From Phormidesmis sp. (lineage in GTDB: Bacteria > Cyanobacteriota > Cyanobacteriia > Leptolyngbyales > Leptolyngbyaceae): DNA of 64,000 bases. Position numbers and translations under genes: made by a program. The stretch spans positions 1,696,001 through 1,760,000 of the forward strand of contig CBDFJR010000002.1 of NCBI GenBank assembly GCA_965248535.1. The letters are read 5' to 3'. The notes beneath the pieces are model-generated. The model was given only the letters and a program-made list of their open reading frames with translations, had not been told where the DNA came from and did no database searches. This document shows, piece after piece, positions 42,410-50,423 of the stretch (the first letter of the stretch is position 1; every line of letters begins with the position of its first letter).

Positions 42410-42766
42410 ATGTCTACAGTTTCTAAGCAATCCTTTGGAATGAAATTTGTTCCATTGGTCATCCTGTCACTGACTATCTTTTGCCCCAGTGTTCTAGCAG
42501 AGACGTTTTCTAAGTGTGAACGGGTGACTGGCGATGCAGGCCGATGGGAAGACAGCCAGTCTCCCTCTGGGAGGTTAGATGAAATGTGCCGAACCAACCA
42601 ACACATTTATCAGGGCCAAAAAGGAACAATGGTGTTATCGAATATCAATTCTTCCGACTGTGGTGCTGCCATTTCGTATGCGAAGGAACAGGAGAGTTGG
42701 CATGGTGATTGGTTCCTTTGGAGCCATATCACATGTACCAACGGAATGGAGATCCTCATCAAGTAA
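42410..42766 (+). CDS. Small secreted Cys-containing hypothetical protein
   Basis: Signal peptide ending VLA; AGAGA RBS. Confidence 0.7.
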   Translation: MSTVSKQSFGMKFVPLVILSLTIFCPSVLAETFSKCERVTGDAGRWEDSQSPSGRLDEMCRTNQHIYQGQKGTMVLSNINSSDCGAAISYAKEQESWHGDWFLWSHITCTNGMEILIK

Positions 42767-42982
42767 AAGTTGCGAGTATCGCGCATAGCATATCCCAATT
42801 GCAGAAACCTTTTTGCTGGCGATTCCTTCGGCATTGAAAACCCGATACAGAGGTCGCCAAAGCCGATGGATGTTGGAAGCTATGCTTCAGACTAACCGAT
42901 AAAATTCGCGATCGTGCTGGGTTGGCAAATTCATCTAGCCAGTAACCGATATCCAAATCTCAAACAAACAGCAAGGAGAACG

Positions 42983-43282
42983 ATGATGAATGTAAAACGT
43001 GCCCTAAGAGTGGTGCCTGTTACGATCGGGTTGTCCCTAGCAGCCCTCTCCCCCTGTTACGCTGCTCGGATTTACAATGATACGAACGCCGGGATCTATG
43101 TGGGGGGCAATACTGGAGGGTTTGGTACTTAGTACTCGGCTATAGTGAGACCGAGACAAAAGAGCGGCAGCCTGGATTGGACTACCGTTGCTGAAATCTA
43201 TGTCTATGGGAACAATAAGACTTTGTGTCATCTTGAATTTGGCCCTCATGCCCAAATTCAAGAAGAATTGAGCACTCAATGA
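42983..43282 (+). pseudogene. Secreted hypothetical protein with an internal amber stop (43130-43132)
   Basis: AAGGAG RBS and signal peptide; the frame stays open for 49 more codons after TAG. Confidence 0.55.
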
Positions 43283-43400
43283 AAATCGGCTTAAGCATCG
43301 CTAGTGGCAATTGCATCAGTTTCCAACTCTGGCATCGATTAACTGAGTGTAGCGAGGCAAGCTTGATGAGCACTGGGGTTTGAGTACGATCGCTCATAGC

Positions 43401-43544
43401 TGTAGGTTGGCTAAGTCTCCGAAACCCAACAATACTGAGGATTCTGCTACATCACAGCTCTCTTTTCACTGTCGAAACTTTAAGGATTGAAACCCCGATG
43501 TCTAGCTTATGGGCGTTGGATTTCATGCTTCAACTTAACCTACA
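43401..43544. repeat. REPIN-like inverted repeat pair (GTAGGTTGG...GAAACCCAAC / GTTGGATTTC...AACCTAC)
   Basis: Inverted ends TGTAGGTT / AACCTACA with internal complementary segments. Confidence 0.65.
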
Positions 43545-43621
43545 AGATCCGCGATTCACTGAAACTTATCTAATCAGTCAACTGACAGCCAAAGTTCGAT
43601 TTCTACATTAAAGAGAAAACG

Positions 43622-43999
43622 ATGAAAACACTACTGACGCGATCGACGCTACTACTTAGCTTGATGACCTGTGCTTCCGCCTCTCTCGCCTTTCCTGCCT
43701 TGTCCCAGACTGCTGTCCATCCACTGTTTGACTTAACGTGCGAGCAGGGGTATCACGCTGGTGTGCTACAGGACTCCCATTCCGGCGAATTTCTTTACCG
43801 TTCTAAAGGACCCAAGGGTGGATTGGGCTTGCGTGGAGGAACTAGAGTGAGTATAAAAGGAGCGGAAGTGTATAAATTTCAGAATGGTGCTTATGAATAC
43901 CAGGTAGTTTATGGTATGGGCAATAACAGTAAGCAGGGAATTTTAGGGGTGTATAAAGACGGTCGCTCTATCATGAATCTCCATTGTACACATCCTTAA
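43622..43999 (+). CDS. Small secreted hypothetical protein
   Basis: Signal peptide, YKFQNGAYEY, two mature Cys. Confidence 0.75.
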   Translation: MKTLLTRSTLLLSLMTCASASLAFPALSQTAVHPLFDLTCEQGYHAGVLQDSHSGEFLYRSKGPKGGLGLRGGTRVSIKGAEVYKFQNGAYEYQVVYGMGNNSKQGILGVYKDGRSIMNLHCTHP

Positions 44000-44216
44000 G
44001 CGATCTCTGCATTGCTGATAGGACTGTTGGCGTTGAGGAAGCCGAAAATTATCTCTGATACTTCTACACGCAATTTGCTTGCACGACTTTGTTCCAAACT
44101 ACTAAGGCTGAATTCTGGAGACACCCGCCCGAAAGTAAAGCTTTTACCTTTGTCCGCTTTTCTCCTGTGTGTCCCTACTTTGCTTGCCATTGCAATCCAT
44201 ACTTTAGTTAAAACTC

Positions 44217-44588
44217 ATGAAGATTTCTGTTAAACCTTTTGTTTGGGCGATCGCATCTTTGTCCTTCCTCGGTTTTGCGACTCAGAGTTTAGCGGACAAG
44301 CCAATTTATGTCGGCAAAGCTTCGACTGGTGAACCCGTCTACTTTAATGGGGCGCGTTTCCAATGCGGCGACCTTCCACGGACAGACGAATGCTGGTCGC
44401 GCACTCCAATGATCAGCTACAAAATTGGAAAAGATAACGTGACGGCGATCGGCGACTGCAAAAAGCGGGTGTTCAAGACAGTCACACTGGGCGACAAGAC
44501 TGTAGCTCAGAATATGCGACCCCAATCTGCTGCACTATGGCAGGTACTAAATAGAAGCTGCCACAGTGCTAAGTACAGCCAGCATTGA
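44217..44588 (+). CDS. Small secreted hypothetical protein
   Basis: Signal peptide ending SLA, four Cys, PQS.A....L...C tail. Confidence 0.75.
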   Translation: MKISVKPFVWAIASLSFLGFATQSLADKPIYVGKASTGEPVYFNGARFQCGDLPRTDECWSRTPMISYKIGKDNVTAIGDCKKRVFKTVTLGDKTVAQNMRPQSAALWQVLNRSCHSAKYSQH

Positions 44589-44689
44589 GATCTATTTCCG
44601 CAGGTTTCAATACAAAACGTTCCATCATGAGACAAAAAAGGCGCATCAGCAAACAATCTGAGAATATTTAGAACTCCAAATTGATAGAC

Positions 44690-44811
44690 TAGACCTCCTG
44701 CACGAATCCGGGAAAGCCCCCTAAATTCCCCATTTATGGGAGACTTTGAACTCAGAAACTTGGCTTAAAGTCCCCCAGCATAAGGGATTTATGAGGCGTT
44801 TCAGAAAGGTC
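44690..44811. mobile_element. Degenerate MITE-like cyanobacterial repeat
   Basis: AGACCTCCTGCA...AGAAAGGTC ends; internal CCCCCTAAAT/GACTTT...AAAGTCCCCC/GGATTTA inverted segments. Confidence 0.5.
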
Positions 44812-44902
44812 GCTACCTACCGATTCATCCTTGGATTCAGCAACGCCCAAAACTCTTCTAATCTTTGAGTAGTTCCTTCAGAGTTGTGTTTTGCCAATTG
44901 CT

Positions 44903-44966
44903 TTCCAAACGTGGAAGGTGATTTTCCGCAGATGTCGATGTATGGCTGGAAGAACAATTCTAATCT
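44903..44966 (+). promoter_or_regulatory. Conserved promoter with TTCCA-N4-TGGAA operator
   Basis: TTCCAAACGTGGAAggtgattTTCCGCAGATGTCG ... TAATCT at +58. Confidence 0.75.
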
Positions 44967-45002
44967 ATAGATAAAACTCATAGAATTCCAAAGGGGGCTT
45001 AA

Positions 45003-45230
45003 ATGCAAGGCAACTCAACCCATTTTATTGGCTTTACTCAGCCTAACTCAATTCACCCAGCGGCTGCAAACCCAACCGCTAATGTAACGACACTACTTGT
45101 AATTATTTTTCCTGCCGTTGTGATCTTGAGTGTCGTGAGTTATCGATACTATTGTGTAGCTAGACTGCGCCAACAAATTGCTACTTTAGAAAAGCTCTGG
45201 CAGCTTACCTCCAGTCAAAAATTATTCTAA
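45003..45230 (+). CDS. Small single-TM hypothetical protein
   Basis: AGGGGG RBS, TM helix, LRQQIATLEKLWQL tail. Confidence 0.7.
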   Translation: MQGNSTHFIGFTQPNSIHPAAANPTANVTTLLVIIFPAVVILSVVSYRYYCVARLRQQIATLEKLWQLTSSQKLF

Positions 45231-45887
45231 GACTATAGAGATACCTACTAATTGCTTTACTCCAGTCTCACGCTGGGAGTCGGGCAATGGTTGATCTCGC
45301 TAGTTCCAATCTGCTTTCCTTGCGACGCGGGGCGATGTCCTTGTTAGCCTCCTTTCTTAGGATAAAAGAAGGGAAGCCAGATTAGAAGTCTCTCATGATT
45401 GCTAGGTTAATGAAATTTTTCTCTCAAAACTCACGATCGCGATCGCCAACATAGAGATTCTTTCCACAAATGCGAAGAACAAACCCTCATTCATTAAAAC
45501 TGCGATCGCGTTGATCAAAAATGAAGATCGGAAATACGGAAAATACAATCTCAACCTCATACACATAGACTTAAATACGAAAAATGCAGCTTCGTTGACC
45601 AAAATAAGGTCGTCTGCATAGGAAATGCGATCGCGTTTATTGAAGCGGCGATCGCATTCTCTATAAATAAGTCCTGATTTCCATAGTTTCCCCATTCATT
45701 TTTAAACTGAACGTAAATGCTTCAGGTAAATTGTGTATAAACACCCTGCTTTTTTTGCTCTTTTCCGTATTACAGACAAACTTTAATCAATCTTTATCTA
45801 AGCTTTTGCAAACAACCGTCAAAAATACGACTCTCCTGGCAAGGATGATTTAGCTATGGTAGAAAAAATCAATCAGGAGACCCTATC

Positions 45888-46337
45888 ATGACCCTTCAAA
45901 CTCGCGGATCTGCTGCGATTAACAAAGCTCAACGCCGTCTTGCCAGTCTCAAATCCATCGACGAAAACCTGGATTTAGGCCATGGACTAACAACTGGTGC
46001 TTATACTCAAATGATCGAAGCGGTTCGCAGCGCTGTCGAAGCTCACAACACCTTTGTCTCCCAGATCGACGAGTCTCGCCGCAATGTAGCTGCCCTAGAA
46101 AAAGAACTGGCTGATCTCACTGCCCGGATGTTGAGCGGAGTTTCCACTAAATACGGCAGAAACAGCAATGAGTATCGCAAAGCAGGAGGTAGCCTTCGCA
46201 AAAGCAAGTCCGCGGCTTCTCAGTCCACTTTTCCGTTAACTTCAGAGCCTCTTCAACCTGCTCCTCTAGAGGTGGCACTTTCAACTAACGGGAAGAGCAA
46301 AAGCAAAACTCAAGCAGATAAAACTAACGGACTATAA
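45888..46337 (+). CDS. Conserved cyanobacterial coiled-coil hypothetical protein
   Basis: AQRRLASLKSID..LDLG, KYGRNSNEYRKAGG; AGGAG RBS. Confidence 0.8.
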   Translation: MTLQTRGSAAINKAQRRLASLKSIDENLDLGHGLTTGAYTQMIEAVRSAVEAHNTFVSQIDESRRNVAALEKELADLTARMLSGVSTKYGRNSNEYRKAGGSLRKSKSAASQSTFPLTSEPLQPAPLEVALSTNGKSKSKTQADKTNGL

Positions 46338-46583
46338 AGAGCGATCGCTCCTATTTCACAACACTTGAGTCTTAAATTATAACCAGGCTTTCAACTCTAC
46401 GATCGCTAAAAAATTCAACAGATTTTGACTTCTCACAGTTGCAACATAACTTATCTTACGATCGCGGAAAATAGATGATATGGTTCCTGTCAGAACTTCG
46501 TATTGCAATCTGAAATCAGCCCCATAAAAACAGATGCAAAGACAGTTTCATCATTAGATGCATCTAACCTTTAGGAGAAGAGT

Positions 46584-47018
46584 ATGGATAGTGACACAGC
46601 CGACCAGTTGAGCAATAAGTTCGAGTCTGCACTCTCCGAAATTCTGCCTGACCTAACTCAATTACTCCAGCAATATCAAGTGTCAGAAGTTTTAACAATT
46701 GAGCTAAAAATCCTGATGGGTTGCCACCCAACTCCTAATGGTGGTCATGTATGTAACTGGCAGCCTGTTATTGAACCCACGCCTGAAGTACCTGGTTTCG
46801 GTGAAATAGGTGAGCCAGATCCTGAAACTGCACAACAGTTTTGGATAGATATTGCATCAAAAATGTTTGCAACGATGACTCTTTTAAGTCAATCTATCCA
46901 GCAAGCAAAAGAAAAATTTAAAGCTCATATCATTATTGATCCAGCCGCAATGGACAATATCCGCCTGTCTTGTAAGTTTGTTGACGGTGTTCTTCTGTGC
47001 ACTGTTCAGCCACACTGA
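46584..47018 (+). CDS. Hypothetical protein
   Basis: AGGAG RBS; two CxnC segments. Confidence 0.65.
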   Translation: MDSDTADQLSNKFESALSEILPDLTQLLQQYQVSEVLTIELKILMGCHPTPNGGHVCNWQPVIEPTPEVPGFGEIGEPDPETAQQFWIDIASKMFATMTLLSQSIQQAKEKFKAHIIIDPAAMDNIRLSCKFVDGVLLCTVQPH

Positions 47019-47159
47019 TGAACCGTTAAGCGACTGATATCTAGATGATGACTTGCAAAAGAATCAGAGGTCTGATGTAAGCTAATATAATGCCAACATG
47101 GTGTTTGCGCGATATTGGCAACATCTGTGTCGCAGTGACGCTTTGAGTGAGTCGATTTT

Positions 47160-49358
47160 GTGATTCAAAAAAAGATCAGCAAACACTGGAAACTAAAACT
47201 ACTGAGTCCTTTAGCGATCGCGGGTGCTATTGCTATTGCTAAACACCCCGCCTATGCTCAAGTAACACCTGATCATACGTTAGGGGTTGAGCGGTCGATC
47301 GTGAATTCAAGCATAAATAATGGTTCTTTCCGTCAGCAAATCGAAGGGGGAGCAATTCGCGGGATTAATCTGTTTCATAGCTTTCGCGACTTCAACATTG
47401 CGGCAGGACAAAGCCTCTATTTTCAAAACCCGATCGGCATCAAGAACATTATCAGTCGAGTAACTGGCAGCAGTCCGTCCGATATTGCAGGAACACTAGG
47501 GGTATCAGGCGGCAGTGCCAACCTGTTTCTGCTTAATTCAAATGGCATTATCTTTGGAGCCAATGCGCGTCTGGATGTTAGCGGCTCATTTGTGGCAACA
47601 ACAGCGTCTGCACTTCAGTTTGGCACTCAGGGCTTTTTTAGTAGTTCTGCACCTGATTCCCCTCCTTTGCTAACCGTGAATCCGTCTGCTTTTTTGTTCA
47701 ACCAAGTGGCTCGTGCAGCGGTGGTCAATCGTTCAACAACCCCATTAGAATCGGGTAGACAAGGGCTGCAAGTGCCGGATGGTCATAGTGTGCTGCTGTT
47801 AGGGGGCGATGTCAATTTGGCAGGAGGAGGTGTGAATGCGGCTGGGGGGCGGGTAGAACTGGGAGCAGTTGCAGGCACAGGCACAGTAGGGCTGAGTCTG
47901 GATAACAACGATTTGCGCTTGAGTTTTCCTGCTGCGCTCGATCGAGCCGATATTTTTCTCACCAATGGCGCTACGGTCAATACCAGCGGGGAAGGGGGCG
48001 GGTCGATCCAGATTTGGGGCAGGCGCATCTCCATAAATAGCGGTTCTCAAGTTGCGGCTTTTACCCAAGGAGCGAAACCCGGAGGCAGCTTAACTGTGAA
48101 TGCCTCTGAGTCTTTAGAAGTAATTGGATTCGCTCCATTTGGGAATTTATCGACCGTGAGCTTCGGGAATGGTAATGCAGGCGATCTCACGATCGAGACT
48201 CGAAGACTGAGTATTCAAGATGGAGCGTCAGTCTCTTCCGAGACACGCGGCAATGGTTCAGGTGGGAAGTTGAGCGTGAATGCCTCCGAGTCTGTTGAGG
48301 TTGCAGGTCGAGATAGCACTGGTAGCTCTAGCTTCTTGGGTAGTTCTACAAGCAGTGCAGGACAAGCAGGAAATCTCACTATCAACACAAAAAGGCTAAT
48401 CATCCGGGATGGAGGAGCACTATCTACTGAGGCGTTTCCCGTATTTGAAAATGGACAACAGGTTTTTCCGGCATCCGGAGAAGGGGGTAATCTGACGATC
48501 AATGCTTCTGACTCTGTAGAGTTGATTAGAGAAGGATTCATCTTTACAGACACTCAAAGCACTGGAAATGCAGGCAACCTAACGATCAATACGGGTAGCC
48601 TACTGGCTCAAGATGGTAGTGCGATCGGCGCACAAAGCCGAGGTTCAGGAAATGCAGGCAATATCACAGTGCGGGCACGCTCGATTGAGTTGAAGAATCA
48701 ATCGCTAATCTATGCTCAAACCACAGCAAGTCAGGGTGGCAACATCACACTGCAAGTCCAGGATCTGCTGCTGATGCGACAGGGTAGCTTTATTTCCACC
48801 ACCGCTGGAACGGATCAAGCAGGCGGGGATGGCGGCAACATTACCTTTGATGGCAAGTTCATTGTGGCTGTTCCTCAAGAGAACAGTGATATCACAGCCA
48901 ATGCCTTCTCAGGTCGCGGGGGCAACATTCGCATTACCGCTCAAGGCATTTTCGGAATTGAGCCTCGTTTTAAAGAGACTTCCTTCAGTGACATTACCGC
49001 CAGTTCTGCGTTTGGTGTCAGTGGCACGATTACGCTGAATACGCCGGATGTCGATCCGAGTCGAGGCACTGCGGCACTGCCCAGCGGGTTAGTCGATACC
49101 AATGCAATCATTGCGAATAGTTGTGTGGCCCGTCGCCGTCATCAAGGTCGCTTTGTGATTACGGGAACAGGTGGTTTAGCACCTCAGCCTGACGATCTGG
49201 CAAATGCTTCGTTTCCAACCTATGAGTTAGTTCCTGATCCTGCAAAAGCAGAGACGACAGAGAAGGGTCGTCCGTCGCCATCTACTTCAGTCATAGAACC
49301 CGATCGTATCTATCACCTCGCAAATGGAGCGATGATTCTAGGTCGATCGTGTCATTAA
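47160..49358 (+). CDS. Filamentous haemagglutinin N-terminal (TPS) domain beta-helical protein 2
   Basis: NLFHSFRDF, NIISRVTG, GIIFGANARL, GNAG repeats, same C-terminal tail as protein 1. Confidence 0.92.
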   Translation: MIQKKISKHWKLKLLSPLAIAGAIAIAKHPAYAQVTPDHTLGVERSIVNSSINNGSFRQQIEGGAIRGINLFHSFRDFNIAAGQSLYFQNPIGIKNIISRVTGSSPSDIAGTLGVSGGSANLFLLNSNGIIFGANARLDVSGSFVATTASALQFGTQGFFSSSAPDSPPLLTVNPSAFLFNQVARAAVVNRSTTPLESGRQGLQVPDGHSVLLLGGDVNLAGGGVNAAGGRVELGAVAGTGTVGLSLDNNDLRLSFPAALDRADIFLTNGATVNTSGEGGGSIQIWGRRISINSGSQVAAFTQGAKPGGSLTVNASESLEVIGFAPFGNLSTVSFGNGNAGDLTIETRRLSIQDGASVSSETRGNGSGGKLSVNASESVEVAGRDSTGSSSFLGSSTSSAGQAGNLTINTKRLIIRDGGALSTEAFPVFENGQQVFPASGEGGNLTINASDSVELIREGFIFTDTQSTGNAGNLTINTGSLLAQDGSAIGAQSRGSGNAGNITVRARSIELKNQSLIYAQTTASQGGNITLQVQDLLLMRQGSFISTTAGTDQAGGDGGNITFDGKFIVAVPQENSDITANAFSGRGGNIRITAQGIFGIEPRFKETSFSDITASSAFGVSGTITLNTPDVDPSRGTAALPSGLVDTNAIIANSCVARRRHQGRFVITGTGGLAPQPDDLANASFPTYELVPDPAKAETTEKGRPSPSTSVIEPDRIYHLANGAMILGRSCH

Positions 49359-49368
49359 ACTAAAAGAC

Positions 49369-49454
49369 TTCCAACCTTTGCAAGAGCGCCTTCCAAACGT
49401 GGAAGGTGATTTTCCGCGTATGTCGCTGTATCCCAAGAGAAATCGCTCTAATCT
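49369..49454 (+). promoter_or_regulatory. Conserved promoter with TTCCA-N4-TGGAA operator
   Basis: TTCC boxes at 49369, 49391 and 49412; TAATCT at 49449. Confidence 0.75.
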
Positions 49455-49593
49455 AGCAGTGTAGAAGAACAGCAAGCACGCTAAACCTTTTAGCCAAAAA
49501 GAAATGACATCAGTTAATTGATTGAACTATGACCTTAGGGCAACGATCGTTGCCCTAAGCTTACCTCAACTCTAAACCGGAGAAGCCTGCACC

Positions 49594-49785
49594 ATGAAAC
49601 TTATTTACCGTGCGCTCATTCTAGAATCTGTTCCCCGTCCAGTTGCGCCCTATCGCAAACCGCAAGCTTTGCATTGGCGCTTTCATGCTCCTGGTGAAAC
49701 CTATGGTGAAGTTCAGAAATCATCAACTTCTTATCGTTACCCACGGGCGCTAAACTGGCGCTTTCGGATGGCTTCGGAGGTGTAG
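49594..49785 (+). CDS. Small DUF4278-like protein
   Basis: MKLIYR start; internal repeat YRKPQALHWRF / YRYPRALNWRF; GGAG RBS. Confidence 0.65.
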   Translation: MKLIYRALILESVPRPVAPYRKPQALHWRFHAPGETYGEVQKSSTSYRYPRALNWRFRMASEV

Positions 49786-50423
49786 ATGGAACCGTTTCAA
49801 GAATCACAGCAAAGTCACTTGCTAGGATTACAACTTAGCACCACCCGATCGTTACAAATATCTACTCCCAGTCGCTATCAAAATTATCCCTTTTCTATCA
49901 ACGGAGATTCTGTTTTATATGCGTGTTTAGCTTTTACTTATCCATTTGTAGTTCTGTCGCTAATACTCTGTTATTAACAAATCAACGGCATCTAGAACGA
50001 GTTTGATCAGCGCGACTCTTATCCCAAGCTGCCACTCTCGAACAATTGCTCAAGCTTGATCACCCCAAGGCATATTCAGAGCCTTTAGAGGATGCTTTGA
50101 GCATGTTTTTCTGACTCTAGATTTTTTCTCTCGCCAACAAACTCGTTCTGCGTTTGAAAAAGGGACTTTAGATCGCTTGCCCTTTTTTTGATGATGGCTA
50201 GGGGCATCTCCTGACGATTTGATCTGTTGCAAACATCCTCTAAGACGTGTTGGATAGCTGCTTTACCTGAGTGCTGCCCACCTTGAAATCTACGATCGCT
50301 GCCCAGATATTCCCTAAGCAATTAGCCAGCTTAAGCTGAGATTTGAGAGAGAAGACTATATAATTAGCACGTCTTTTGTCAAAATGAATTTCAACCTGAA
50401 CTGTGTGAGTTGCTGAAAGCCCA

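Noticed and set aside
38357..49358. CDI (CdiA/CdiI) toxin system
   Set aside because: No VENN/PT motif or variable C-terminal toxin; tails are conserved; no TpsB in the window
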